Shown piece after piece: positions 45,236-55,895 of a stretch of 64,000 bases of DNA. The notes under the pieces were generated by a model. It was not told the origin of the DNA. It saw nothing but the letters and a program-made list of their open reading frames with translations, and made no database searches. The position numbers and the translations under genes were made by a program. The stretch comes from a virus (taxonomy: Duplodnaviria > Caudoviricetes), in the IMG/VR virus record IMGVR_UViG_3300026549_000004, positions 5,916 through 69,915 of that record; one strand, given 5' to 3'. Each line of letters begins with the position of its first letter. Position 1 is the stretch's first letter.

Positions 45236-47179
45236 ATGAAAATAAAAAGAATAAACGCTGAGAACTTCCGTGGTGTAAGGAATGCAACATATGAGCTTTC
45301 GGATAAAACCCTGATTAAGGGCATGAACGGAAGTGGAAAGTCCACGATTCCATCCATGATCTACTGGACGTTCGTGGATCGTGACGTGTCCCTGACGGCT
45401 AATCCGCAGGTCAGAACCATCGGTGCTATCGATGAGCAACAGACGGTGGTCACGATTGATTGTGACTTTGACGGAAAACCTGTGCAGATTCAGAAGTCTC
45501 AGAAACTGAAGAGATCCAAAGCCGGGACCGTGGCTTTGACCAATTCGTACATGATCAACAGTGTGCCGAAGTCTGAGAAAGACTTTAAGGCATATCTGAC
45601 TGAGTTAGGAGTTGATTTTGATAAATTCCTTCCATGTTCGCATCCGAGCGTGATGTTGGCAGGTATTAACAACAAGAAAGAGAGAACGGCTCTTCGGAAC
45701 TTGCTGTTTGAGATGGCATCGGATATTACGGATGTGGAAGTTGCTAAACAGTGTGGCGAAGAACTTAAAGAGTTGTCTGTATTGCTTCAGCAGTACGAAG
45801 CTGCGGAGATTGAAGCGATGCAGAACGCTACTCTGCGGAAGATCCGTGAAAACTACGGCAAAGAGGGTGAAATCCTCAGAGCCAAAATTGAGGGAATGGA
45901 AAAAGCCAAGGAACATATCGATTTGGCTTTCCATAAAGAAAAGGCAGATGAACTGTCTGCCGACATCGACAAGGTTAAAGGGCAGATCGAGTTACGGCAG
46001 AAGGAAATCGAAAAAGCAAAGGATGCCCAGAAGAAGGTTCTGGAACTTTCCTTCAAACTGACCGAAATCGAAAACAGAGCCAATTCCGACAGGGCAAAGG
46101 CAAAGAGTGATGCGGAAGATGAGTTGTTCAAGTTGGAAACTCAGAAAGCATCACTGGAAGATAGCATCAGGTCTTCCGAAAGACAGTGTGCGGCTGTTCG
46201 GAAAAACATTGAAGATGCTCAAAACAGCATCAGCAATCTTATGACTAAACGCCAGAAATGCATCGAGTACAGATTCGATGCATCCAAGGCAGTATGCCCG
46301 ACATGCGGGCAGGTTCTTCCACAGGACAAGCTGACCGAACTGAAAGCCGAAAATGAGCGGAAAGCACAGGAGATGGCTCAGAAGTACGATGAGTCCATCA
46401 AAGCCGGAGAAAAGGCCATCAGGGAAAGTGAGACACTGATTGCTGAAAACAAGAAGTTAGTGTCTGATTCCGTGGCAGAAGTTGCACGGCTTGACAACAA
46501 AATCAAAGAAGCCAAGAAGGTGGTCGAGGATGCCGTGAACATGCCAAAGGCTGATATGTCCGAGAACGAAGAGTATCAGCAGACAATGGCTGAAAAGGAA
46601 GAATGGAACAAGCAAGCAGACGAAACTGGCATCCGTGTTGAGATCCGGGAACTTGAAGGACATATCGAGGCTCTGAAAGAAGAGCGTGATGCTCACTTCA
46701 TGGAAATCGCAAAGGACAAACAGAATCAGAGAATTGATTCTAAAATCGCACAGCTTCGGGAAGACCAGAAGAATTATGAGCAGAGCAAGGCTAATGCCGA
46801 GATGATTTTGTATCAGCTTAAAACGCTGAATATGAAGAAGAATGAGTTGCTCCAGGAATCTGTCAACAAAAACTTCAATCTGATTAGTTGGCGGTTATTT
46901 GATTTCCAAAAAAATGGTGAGACTTTTGACACTTGTATACCGATGATTGACGGCAAGGCTTTTGGTGAATCCATGAATACGGCACTGGAAATTATGGCGA
47001 AGATCGATGCCATAAATGGTATTCAGAAGTTCTTCGGATTTGATTATCCGATCATACTGGATGATGCAGAGCATCTTGATTCTGCATCCATGAAGAAATT
47101 GGAAACCGATCATCAGTTAATCATGCTCTGCGTGAGTGACGATCCCGAGTTGGTCTTTGAGAAAGGGGGAGAGGAATGA
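45236..47179 (+). CDS. Rad50/SbcC-like AAA ATPase
   Basis: Walker A GMNGSGKS, CPTCG zinc hook, long coiled coils, Walker B IILDDAE. Confidence 0.9.
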   Translation: MKIKRINAENFRGVRNATYELSDKTLIKGMNGSGKSTIPSMIYWTFVDRDVSLTANPQVRTIGAIDEQQTVVTIDCDFDGKPVQIQKSQKLKRSKAGTVALTNSYMINSVPKSEKDFKAYLTELGVDFDKFLPCSHPSVMLAGINNKKERTALRNLLFEMASDITDVEVAKQCGEELKELSVLLQQYEAAEIEAMQNATLRKIRENYGKEGEILRAKIEGMEKAKEHIDLAFHKEKADELSADIDKVKGQIELRQKEIEKAKDAQKKVLELSFKLTEIENRANSDRAKAKSDAEDELFKLETQKASLEDSIRSSERQCAAVRKNIEDAQNSISNLMTKRQKCIEYRFDASKAVCPTCGQVLPQDKLTELKAENERKAQEMAQKYDESIKAGEKAIRESETLIAENKKLVSDSVAEVARLDNKIKEAKKVVEDAVNMPKADMSENEEYQQTMAEKEEWNKQADETGIRVEIRELEGHIEALKEERDAHFMEIAKDKQNQRIDSKIAQLREDQKNYEQSKANAEMILYQLKTLNMKKNELLQESVNKNFNLISWRLFDFQKNGETFDTCIPMIDGKAFGESMNTALEIMAKIDAINGIQKFFGFDYPIILDDAEHLDSASMKKLETDHQLIMLCVSDDPELVFEKGGEE

Positions 47180-49212
47180 ATTTTGTAAAATTCAGGGACA
47201 AATTGATTGACCATTTCAACGAAATAACCCGTGATGCAAAATGCTTGTTCATGGTGAATCTCGACAAAGATGAATTATGGGAAACATATCTTGATAGTTT
47301 CCCAAAAGGAACAAATGAAATCTTCCGTGAAAGAAGAGAGCATGATTGTTCGTGCTGTCGGAGTTTTATAAAAGCCATGGGAAACGTGGTGGTGATTAAA
47401 AATCAAGAAATTCACACCATATGGGGCTTTAATGCTGATAGTGCAACATATCAGCCGGTCGTTGATTCCCTTGATCGTTATGTGAAGTCTCATCCTGTTT
47501 CGGATGTGTGGTTCTCAAAGGAAAAATCCGTTGGGTGCAAAGAGAACCATGAGCATGACGGTGATTCGATTCTTACATGGACACATTTCTATATTCCTGA
47601 TATCCCTGTTCGGTTTAGAACCAATAGGTCACTTGGTGATATTCAGAACACTTACCGAACACGGAAGGAAATTTTCAAGCGGTCGCTGGATGAAATATCT
47701 CTTGACGCTACGGACACACTATTAGAATTAATCGCACAAAATAGTCTATATCGTGGCGAAGAATGGAAAAACATACTTTCTGAGTTCAGAAGGTATCAAA
47801 AAGAATATGCAAAGGTTTTAGGAGAAAAAAAGGAACTGTTGGCATGGGAAAAATCTGTAGAAGCAGGTGATGTAATCGGCAGAATGAGAAACCACTCAAT
47901 AGGAGTGCTGCTTGCAGATATTTCTACAGGTTGCGATCTTGAACAGTCTGTAAGGCGATATGAAAACATCGTTGCTCCGGCAAACTACAAACGCCCAAAG
48001 GCAATCTTTACGAAGAAAATGCTTGAAGATGCCAAGAAGACCATTACAGAACTGGGATACTTAGATTCCCTGGGACGCAGGTTTGCAACCTTGGATGATA
48101 TCACGGTCAATGACATCCTGTTCTGCAACAAAGACAGTGTGAAACGTATCTCTGGTGGCATGGACTTGTTTGCCGAGATGGAAAAAGATGTGAAGGTCAA
48201 CCCTAAGAAATTTGACCGGGTAGAAGAAATCGGAATTGAAAAGTTTGTATCTTCCGTTTTGCCGGAAACTCAGGAGTTAGAAGTTTATCTGGAAAACAAG
48301 CATCAAAGCAATCTTGTTTCACTCATCGCTCCAACAAACAAGGATGCAAAACCCATGTTTAAATGGGGGAATAATTTCTCATGGGCATATAGTGGCAATG
48401 TTGCCGATTCCATGAAAGAAAGAGTAAAAGCAGCTGGTGGAAAAGTGGATGGAGTGCTTCGGTTTTCTATCCAGTGGAATGATATTCCGGGAGATTATGA
48501 TCCAAACGATCTCGATGCGCACTGTATACAACCCAATGGATATCGTATTTACTTTTCCGATAAACACGACCGATATACAGGAGGTGAACTTGATGTAGAT
48601 ATCATCAACCCAGTAAGAAACGCTCCGGCTGTTGAAAACATTACATGGCCTGATTTGAGAAAGATGCCAGAAGGGAAATATGAATTCTTTGTGCATCAAT
48701 ATAGTTACCGTGGAGGAAACAATGGGTTCCGTGCGGAGATTGAGTTTGATGGGAAAGTTTATTCATACGATTATCCGAATAAGGTTGTAGGAGACGTTAA
48801 GGTTGCAACGGTTACTTTAAAGAATGGAAAGTTTTCTATCGATCATAAACTCCGAGAAAATATGGTTTCTAAGGAACTGTGGGGATTGACAACATATACA
48901 TTTATCCCTGTTTCTGTAGTGATGTTCAGCCCTAATTATTGGGATGCTGTCGAAAACAAGACAGGAAATAAGCATTATTTCTTCATGCTGAAGGACTGCA
49001 TAAATGAAAATAATCCAAATGGATTTTTCAATGAATATCTTAAACAGGAACTTGTTCAGCATAAAAGGGTATTTGAAGCCCTTGGTTCAAAGGCAAAAGC
49101 AGAAGATTGTGCGGATCAGCTTTCTGGTCTTGGTTTTAGTTCTACTCAGAGAAATGAGTTGATTGTCAAAGTTAAAGGTGCAACAGAGCGTGTGTTAAAA
49201 GTTAAATTTTAA
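47176..49212 (+). CDS. Conserved 678-aa phage protein of unknown function with TerD/YfaP-like segment
   Basis: HDCSCC; SIQWND...DLDAHC..P...LDVDII.P..AVENITW. Confidence 0.75.
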   Translation: MNFVKFRDKLIDHFNEITRDAKCLFMVNLDKDELWETYLDSFPKGTNEIFRERREHDCSCCRSFIKAMGNVVVIKNQEIHTIWGFNADSATYQPVVDSLDRYVKSHPVSDVWFSKEKSVGCKENHEHDGDSILTWTHFYIPDIPVRFRTNRSLGDIQNTYRTRKEIFKRSLDEISLDATDTLLELIAQNSLYRGEEWKNILSEFRRYQKEYAKVLGEKKELLAWEKSVEAGDVIGRMRNHSIGVLLADISTGCDLEQSVRRYENIVAPANYKRPKAIFTKKMLEDAKKTITELGYLDSLGRRFATLDDITVNDILFCNKDSVKRISGGMDLFAEMEKDVKVNPKKFDRVEEIGIEKFVSSVLPETQELEVYLENKHQSNLVSLIAPTNKDAKPMFKWGNNFSWAYSGNVADSMKERVKAAGGKVDGVLRFSIQWNDIPGDYDPNDLDAHCIQPNGYRIYFSDKHDRYTGGELDVDIINPVRNAPAVENITWPDLRKMPEGKYEFFVHQYSYRGGNNGFRAEIEFDGKVYSYDYPNKVVGDVKVATVTLKNGKFSIDHKLRENMVSKELWGLTTYTFIPVSVVMFSPNYWDAVENKTGNKHYFFMLKDCINENNPNGFFNEYLKQELVQHKRVFEALGSKAKAEDCADQLSGLGFSSTQRNELIVKVKGATERVLKVKF

Positions 49213-49223
49213 GGAGGGAAATC

Positions 49224-49601
49224 ATGGGATTATTTGAAATTGCAACAAAGAAAAAATATCGTTTCCCATACAAGGGACTTATCAGTGTGGAAGACCTTTG
49301 GGATCTCAACGTACTGGCTTTAGACCGGATTTATAAGGCACTGAACAAAACTTTAAAAGATATGGGCGAAGAAAGTCTCCTGAAGACAAAATCGACAGAA
49401 GAGAAAGATGTCGAGAATATGGTTGAGATTGTTAAACACATTGTGTCCGTTAAGGAGCAGGAAAAGATTGATCGCCTGGCTAAGAAAGAAAATGATGCTA
49501 AGAAACAGAGAATCATGTCAATCATTGCCGACAAAGAGGACAAGGCATTGACCGAACTGAGCACAGAAGAACTTCGTCAGATGCTTGACGAACTTGGGTG
49601 A
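49224..49601 (+). CDS. Coiled-coil partner of the 678-aa protein
   Basis: RFPYKGLISVEDLWDL; RBS AAGGAGGG. Confidence 0.75.
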   Translation: MGLFEIATKKKYRFPYKGLISVEDLWDLNVLALDRIYKALNKTLKDMGEESLLKTKSTEEKDVENMVEIVKHIVSVKEQEKIDRLAKKENDAKKQRIMSIIADKEDKALTELSTEELRQMLDELG

Positions 49602-49629
49602 TTAGAATCGTTATGGGAGGAAAAGAAGG

Positions 49630-49908
49630 ATGATTCAAGTTGACAATCACAACATCACAATTTCTGGGAACAGAATTGATTTATCAGTGGGTTTGATAAT
49701 ACTGTTTTCGGCCCTGATGAGAGAGAAGGTGCTGAGTTATGAAGTGATTAAAAGCATATTGGACTATGCGGAAAGCCCGGAAAATAATCCGATTCCGATT
49801 ATTGAATCGCTGATCAAAATGAGAGATGACGCTATGAAGGAAGATGCAAGAGAATCTTTCGTCAACCTGATGGATGGCGTGTTTAGAAGGGGGACTAATA
49901 ATGATTAA
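49630..49908 (+). CDS. Hypothetical protein
   Basis: RBS GGAGG; paralog-like start shared with the next ORF. Confidence 0.65.
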   Translation: MIQVDNHNITISGNRIDLSVGLIILFSALMREKVLSYEVIKSILDYAESPENNPIPIIESLIKMRDDAMKEDARESFVNLMDGVFRRGTNND

Positions 49909-50149
49909 AACAAAAGAAGGAGAAATTGATATTAAAGGTCTTACCGTTGAAGTTATGGCTGACATATCAGTCATTATTCAAACCTTAAGACAACACAAAT
50001 TGATGTCTGATGACCGGATAATGATAGCCGTCATAAACGGTTTTAACGATAACATCGTGGAGCTTTCGCCAGAAGAAGAGGATAAGATGGAAGATTTTCT
50101 GAAAAATGCGAGAGAGAAAGCAGAAGGGGAAATAAAGTATGGCAACTGA
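49901..50149 (+). CDS. Hypothetical protein
   Basis: RBS AAGGGG; coupled overlap. Confidence 0.65.
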   Translation: MIKTKEGEIDIKGLTVEVMADISVIIQTLRQHKLMSDDRIMIAVINGFNDNIVELSPEEEDKMEDFLKNAREKAEGEIKYGN

Positions 50150-50864
50150 AAACATTCAGAACGAGCAGAACACACAGGTAGCAACACAGGGTGGCACGAA
50201 GCCTGCCCGGAAACTTGAAACTGATTATAGCCTTGGTATCTTCGGAACTTCCGATAACTTTACCATGGCCTATCAGATGGCAAAAGCATTAGCATCTTCC
50301 ACTATTGTTCCGAGGGATTATCAGAACAATGCAAGTAACTGTCTGATTGCTATTGAACAGGCTCAGAGATTGGGCGTATCACCCATGATGGTCATGCAGA
50401 ATCTGTACATCATTCAGGGCAGACCTTCTTGGAGTAGCAAGTTCCTTATCGCAGCCATTAACAATTCCGGCAAGTTCGATATGGAACTTCAGTATGACGA
50501 GAAAAATGATAAGGACGGAAAGCCGTACTCATGCTTGTGTTGGACGATGAAAGATGGCAGACGTGTAGAGGGCATGGAAGTCAACATGGATATGGCAAGA
50601 GCCGAGGGATGGCTTAGTAAGAATGGCTCTAAGTGGAAGACCATGCCGAAACTGATGCTTAGATACAGAGCTGCGTCCTTCTTTTCCAATTTGAATTGCC
50701 CAGAGCTTACTCTTGGACTTTACACGCAGGAAGAAGCCTATGACACCAGTTTCCACGACAATAAGTATCCTGCCGATGTCGAAGCAGATGTCAGGGAAGA
50801 GATTAAGGCTCATGCAAACCAAATCGAGTTTGACATTGATGCGGATGAAGAGGTGATGGAATAG
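50139..50864 (+). CDS. RecT/Beta-like single-strand annealing protein
   Basis: IVPRDYQ...MMVMQNLYIIQGRPSWSSKF...KWKTMPKLMLRYRA. Confidence 0.8.
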   Translation: MATENIQNEQNTQVATQGGTKPARKLETDYSLGIFGTSDNFTMAYQMAKALASSTIVPRDYQNNASNCLIAIEQAQRLGVSPMMVMQNLYIIQGRPSWSSKFLIAAINNSGKFDMELQYDEKNDKDGKPYSCLCWTMKDGRRVEGMEVNMDMARAEGWLSKNGSKWKTMPKLMLRYRAASFFSNLNCPELTLGLYTQEEAYDTSFHDNKYPADVEADVREEIKAHANQIEFDIDADEEVME

Positions 50865-51199
50865 TGGCAAACATGGTTAATATCATTCCTGAAAAACTGG
50901 AATATGAATTGAAGGTCAGGCATCTATCGAACGGTGACGTATCAGATTCATTAGGTCACGGACGCAACTATATTACTGACGCATACAGAAGAAAAAGGAT
51001 CAATGCTCCTTCCATAAAGCTGTTAGATATGCTTTACAACATCAAGCCAGAATCCTATACGGTGATTGAAAAGGCTGAGGAAGAGGATTCCGAAGATATT
51101 GAGCCTGTCAGGGAATCAACCGTCATTGATTATGACCGATTAGAAGCAACGATATTCCATGCTGTGTATGCGGCTGTGAAGAAAGCGTGGAGTGAATGA
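50864..51199 (+). CDS. Hypothetical (possible HTH) protein
   Basis: Coupled on both sides. Confidence 0.6.
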   Translation: MANMVNIIPEKLEYELKVRHLSNGDVSDSLGHGRNYITDAYRRKRINAPSIKLLDMLYNIKPESYTVIEKAEEEDSEDIEPVRESTVIDYDRLEATIFHAVYAAVKKAWSE

Positions 51200-51620
51200 T
51201 TGATCGTGAATTAACCACATCGCTTATTGAGGCGAACCGAATGAAAATATATGCCGTAGATTTTTTGATGGCACAATCACTCGTCATTCCAGGTATCCAA
51301 ATATCGGAGAAGCCAATACAGAATTCATTGATTGGCTGAAGGAGCAGAAAGAGGATGGGGTAAAACTCATCCTCTGGACATGCAGAACAGGGCAACTGTT
51401 ACAAGAAGCCGTAGAATTCTGCGGAAAATATGGATTAACATTCGATGCCGTGAACGAGAATCTTCCTGAGATTAAAGAGAAGTTCGGTGAGAATCCGAGA
51501 AAGGTTTTTGCCCATAGGTATATAGACGATGCGTCTGCTGTCCCGTGGGAAATTGTGAAACCAAAGTCGAAACCAAAGGTAGAACCAAAGATTCCAAGGA
51601 GAGCAAGGATTGTGAGGTGA
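51196..51620 (+). pseudogene. HAD-like hydrolase, frameshifted in a T6 run
   Basis: AVDF-DGTI is restored by removing 2 T from 51261-51266; continues LILWTCR...AVNENLPE...YIDD. Confidence 0.8.
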
Positions 51621-52314
51621 TGGCATTGATCGAATTAAACTGCGGTGGGAGCGGATCTTCCGGAAACTGCTATTCCATTACAGACGAATCAGGAAAGATC
51701 CTTTTGCTCGATGCAGGAATCCCTCTGCCGGATATAAAGAAGTTAGCGAGGTGGAAGGTAGGTGATGTGGTGGGAGCGTTCATATCGCATTCCCACACTT
51801 AGCTGACCATAGCAAATCAACAGATAAGCTGCGGAAGATGGGAATACCTGTTTTTGAGCCATACAAGACCGATAAAGATAAGGCTTTTGGCAACATGATT
51901 CCATGCTTTAAGCTGACGGCGTTCCGATTGCCACATGACGGTGAAAGCAATTTTGGCACTCTGATTTATACGAAAAGCGGTCACAGAATGGTTTATCTGA
52001 CGGACTTTGAATATTGCCCATATGTGTTTGCTAAACAGAAATTAAATACGATTCTGATTGAATGCAACTATACAAAAGTCGATGAAAATGCGGATGAGTC
52101 AAAGAAAAACCACGTTTATCGTGGGCATTGTTCTCTTGAAACGTGCAAAGCATTTCTGAAAGCAAATCAAACGGATGCCCTAAGAAATGTGATTCTCTGC
52201 CATTTGTCATCCGATAATGCTGATCCTGTTGAGATGGTCAGTCAGGTGCAAGAAGTAGTCGGATCATCTGTAAAGGTGATCGTAGCAAGGAAGGGGGTGA
52301 GCATCACTTTATGA
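51620..52314 (+). pseudogene. Metallo-beta-lactamase-fold nuclease split inside HxHxDH
   Basis: GSGSSGNCY...LLDAG...HSHT then TAG-CT then DHSKS in the next frame. Confidence 0.8.
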
Positions 52315-52667
52315 ACCGCAAAGACAGACGCAAATTAGGCATAAAGGAAAAGCCCAAGACCATAACGATCACTGCTGACTATTTGGAGCAGTTGAAGAAG
52401 GAAATTTCCCTGGATGCCACAGAAACAGCATTCGAATACATGATGTGTATTCCGCTGATTATTCTGCATGACCACTACGGCAGGCTTAACAAGAAGGAAG
52501 TCGATGGGATGTGCAGAGAAGAGAGATTTTTCGAACTGTGCTTAGACCAGTTTGAATCATTCTCGCAGAAGTATGTATCCCTACAGGATATGGCAGAAGC
52601 AGTTAAGACTGAGACAGGATTTGATGTTATAGGCAGATTTAAACACAAGAAAGGATTCAAAATATGA
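52311..52667 (+). CDS. Hypothetical protein
   Basis: MNRKDRRK start; coupled. Confidence 0.7.
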   Translation: MNRKDRRKLGIKEKPKTITITADYLEQLKKEISLDATETAFEYMMCIPLIILHDHYGRLNKKEVDGMCREERFFELCLDQFESFSQKYVSLQDMAEAVKTETGFDVIGRFKHKKGFKI

Positions 52668-53131
52668 GAAATTACTTCATTATCCTTGTGGCAATGGTAA
52701 CGATGTTTGCCATTCCGCATGATGCACTTGCACGAACGCAGAATGTTGATGACAGGCATTATGTCATCACGAAAGCACCGAAAGCTGAAAAGAAAAAGGC
52801 TAAAAAAGCCAAGAAGAAAAAGAAGAAGAAAGCTAAGAAGATCGACTACGGAATTATGAAGTGTACAGCCTATTGTGATTGCCCAGAATGTAGTTCTGGC
52901 TACGGAAGGCATACACACAGTGGTACTACAGCAGAAGCCGGACGCACGATAGCTGTTGATCCTGATGTCATAGACATAGGGTCTAAGGTCGAAATAGACG
53001 GTCAAATCTATGTGGCTGAAGACGTAGGCGGTCTGGTTACAGGCGATCATATCGACATTTTCTTCGATACTCATGACGAGGTTGAAGAGTGGGGAACACG
53101 CTACCTTGAAACGAAGGTGGTGAGAGATTGA
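52664..53131 (+). CDS. Exported 3D-domain (MltA-like) cell-wall protein
   Basis: Signal peptide, Lys-rich linker, TAY...TIAVDPDVI...AEDVGG...IDIFF. Confidence 0.85.
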   Translation: MRNYFIILVAMVTMFAIPHDALARTQNVDDRHYVITKAPKAEKKKAKKAKKKKKKKAKKIDYGIMKCTAYCDCPECSSGYGRHTHSGTTAEAGRTIAVDPDVIDIGSKVEIDGQIYVAEDVGGLVTGDHIDIFFDTHDEVEEWGTRYLETKVVRD

Positions 53132-53132
53132 G

Positions 53133-53489
53133 TTGAAAGTATCAGAACAATTAAAGGCGTTCCTGGATTATCTGACCGAGGTTGAAAACTCATATCCCTA
53201 CTACAAACAGGAAGTCGAAAGGGAAAACCTTCGTACGTTTGATTTTGTGCATGAGATCGAGCAGGAACCGTTGGCACCTGAAAGAAGCAAATTGGCAACA
53301 AAGTACAGGTTGACAAGACTACACAGGAGAGCCTGTAAAGATGCAATGGAGGATATTGAGCCAATCTATGATGTTCTTCAGATGCCTGAGTGCAAAAAGG
53401 TTAGAAATGCTCTCAATCAGGCGTTAGGCAAATGCAGAAAGTCAGAGAAGTACCATGAAAACAGAGAATATAAAAACAAAGTCGAATAG
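53133..53489 (+). CDS. Hypothetical protein
   Basis: Coupled to neighbours. Confidence 0.65.
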   Translation: MKVSEQLKAFLDYLTEVENSYPYYKQEVERENLRTFDFVHEIEQEPLAPERSKLATKYRLTRLHRRACKDAMEDIEPIYDVLQMPECKKVRNALNQALGKCRKSEKYHENREYKNKVE

Positions 53490-53501
53490 GAGTGAATAAT
53501 T

Positions 53502-53927
53502 ATGGGTTTATGCATGTCGCTTTTTATCGGCAGAACAACAAAGGGCGTTGATCTGAAGTATACATCCGGCAACAAGCCGATGGCGGTTGCTACGGTTAAT
53601 CTTGCTGTCGATACGGGATATGGTGATAAGAAGCGTTCGAACTATTTCAAATTGAAAGCTTTTGGTAAAGTTGCCGAGAACATGAATAAGTATATACCGA
53701 AAGGAACGAAGATCCGTGTCACTTGTGTTCCTACTCAGGAAAGATGGGAAAACAAGGAAGGTAAGACGGTTACCGCAGAATGGCACTATGTACAGGATTG
53801 GGAATTCTGCGAATCCAAATCGTCCCATCAGGAGAAACCTTCTGCTCCCGAACCTGCACCTGCTCCAGTGAACCAGCCGTGGATGACTGTGCCGGATGGG
53901 ATCGAGTCAGAGTTGCCCTTCGTGTGA
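53502..53927 (+). CDS. ssb: Single-stranded DNA-binding protein
   Basis: IGRTTK..DLKYT...NLAVD...AFGKVAE; C-terminal ELPF. Confidence 0.9.
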   Translation: MGLCMSLFIGRTTKGVDLKYTSGNKPMAVATVNLAVDTGYGDKKRSNYFKLKAFGKVAENMNKYIPKGTKIRVTCVPTQERWENKEGKTVTAEWHYVQDWEFCESKSSHQEKPSAPEPAPAPVNQPWMTVPDGIESELPFV

Positions 53928-53939
53928 TGAGGTGAGTGG

Positions 53940-54646
53940 ATGAAAGTTTTAGTAGCGTGTGAAGAATCTCAAAGAGTATGTACCGCATTCAGAGAACGTG
54001 GACATGAAGCATATAGCTGTGACATTCTGGAGTGTTCCGGCGGACACCCGGAGTGGCATATACAGGGAGATGTGCTGCCGATTATCAACGGTAATTGCGA
54101 GTTTGAAACTGCTGATGGTCAGAGACACAGAATTGATGGGAAGTGGGATTTATTGATTGCTCATCCGCCTTGTACCTATCTCAGTAATGTAGCCACAAGG
54201 CAATATTCTTTGAAGTGTTGCACGGCAGAGAAGGTCATAGCCAGGTGGGAAGAAAGAGCAAGAGCCGCTGTTTTCTTCATGCAATTCGCCCTGGCTGACT
54301 GTGACCGTATTGCAGTAGAAAATCCGGTCGGCTTTATGAACTCGTCATACAGAAAGCCAGACCAGATTATTCACCCTTACTTTTTTGCAGAAAGTGAGTG
54401 CGATGCTGAAAACTACCACAAAAAGAGGACGTGTCTTTGGCTGAAAGGACTTCCTCAACTTGAAAGAAGCAAAGCCTACCACCGCCACCGCCCATGTACA
54501 TTTTGCAAGGTGAGAAGGGCAAGGGCAAAAAGATTGGTTGGTGCGAAGGAATGAGAAACATCAAAGGCGGTCAAGCTGAACGCGCAAAAGCCAGAAGCAA
54601 AACTTTCCCAGGCATTGCCAAAGCAATGGCGGAACAGTGGGGATAA
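53940..54646 (+). pseudogene. Phage DNA cytosine-methyltransferase-like protein with a frameshift near 54470
   Basis: VLVACEES...AHPPCTYLS...AVENP; the C-terminus ...RSKTFPGIAKAMAEQWG lies in another frame. Confidence 0.75.
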
Positions 54647-54657
54647 AGGAGAACAAT

Positions 54658-54846
54658 ATGGCAAGCATTGAGAATAAGCCACAGGTCAATCACATTGACG
54701 GCAACAAATAGAATAACTCTTTCACGAACCTTGAATGGGTGACGGATGAGGAGAATAAGGAACATTCTGACACACTCACGGAATACGCAAATCTTCTATA
54801 CGATACATACTGCAAAGGTATGAAGGAACTTGGATTTGAGGTGTGA
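54658..54846 (+). pseudogene. HNH endonuclease fragment with in-frame TAG
   Basis: PQVNHIDGNK*NNSFTNLEWVTDEENKEH; TAG at 54709-54711. Confidence 0.7.
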
Positions 54847-54850
54847 ATAG

Positions 54851-55105
54851 ATGATTGAAATTTCGAAAGAGCAACTAACAGAATTCAATGGTTTCACCGT
54901 CTACGATGCGGTGACTGGAGATCCGATTGAGCCAAAAGACATTAGCAACCATTTTGAGCGATTAGATTCGTTTGTGTTGGATATGGATGGTGTTTTGTGG
55001 GTATCTCCTTATGCCGCAGATGATTGGAAAACCGGATTGATTGAAGTTAAAAAAGAAGGTAAATATATCATTCAATTCGCAGACGGAAAGTATATGAGGT
55101 GGTGA
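54851..55105 (+). CDS. Hypothetical protein
   Basis: ORF with RBS GAGGTG. Confidence 0.6.
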   Translation: MIEISKEQLTEFNGFTVYDAVTGDPIEPKDISNHFERLDSFVLDMDGVLWVSPYAADDWKTGLIEVKKEGKYIIQFADGKYMRW

Positions 55106-55160
55106 TTGATTGCCAAATTACAGACAACTTTATGCGTTTCAAAAGAAGGGGAGTGATTGA

Positions 55161-55895
55161 TTGCCTAAAAAGGGTTGTTATAAAGATTTGTCTGGGCAAA
55201 AGTTTAACAGACTTACCGTAATTAGCTTTAATGGGATCTACAGGAATAAATCCGGCAAAACAAGAGCAATGTGGAAATGTAAGTGTGATTGTGGCAAAGA
55301 AACAATTGTTGATGGTTCCCATCTTCAAACAGGACACACAAAATCATGTGGCTGTTACTTGAAAGAAATCCAAGGACAGGCAAGCAGGAAAACAGGTATG
55401 TCTGGTAGTAAATTATATCTCACTTACTACAACATTAAGCATCGTTGCTACGACCCTGACAATCCAGGAAATAAGTATTATGGCAGCAGAGGAATCACAA
55501 TGTGTGACGAATGGCTTGGCGAACATGGATTTGAGAATTTCATGAAATGGTCTTTTGAGAATGGCTACGAAGAAAACAAAGGATTAAGCATTGACAGAAT
55601 AGATAATGACAAGGGTTATTCCCCCGAAAATTGCAGATGGGTTAATGCTTATATCCAACAAAACAACAAACGAAATAATAGGTTTTTGTGTATCAACGGA
55701 GTGGTTGATACAGTTGCTAACCATGCTAGAAGACATAACGTGGATTACTGGAACCTGATGCATTACTCAAAAGGCGGTAAAAACTGCAAATATCCGCACT
55801 TGAACATAAGGATGGTGACAGATGCAGAAATCAAAAAATATCGCAAGAATCAAAGCTATAGACCAAAAGAATCTAAAGAGACTTCTTGCGGTTAA
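55161..55895 (+). CDS. Free-standing HNH-type homing endonuclease
   Basis: DLSGQKFNRLTV..WKCKCDCG..TKSCGC..YGSRGITMCDEW..SIDRIDNDKGYSPENCRW. Confidence 0.85.
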   Translation: MPKKGCYKDLSGQKFNRLTVISFNGIYRNKSGKTRAMWKCKCDCGKETIVDGSHLQTGHTKSCGCYLKEIQGQASRKTGMSGSKLYLTYYNIKHRCYDPDNPGNKYYGSRGITMCDEWLGEHGFENFMKWSFENGYEENKGLSIDRIDNDKGYSPENCRWVNAYIQQNNKRNNRFLCINGVVDTVANHARRHNVDYWNLMHYSKGGKNCKYPHLNIRMVTDAEIKKYRKNQSYRPKESKETSCG

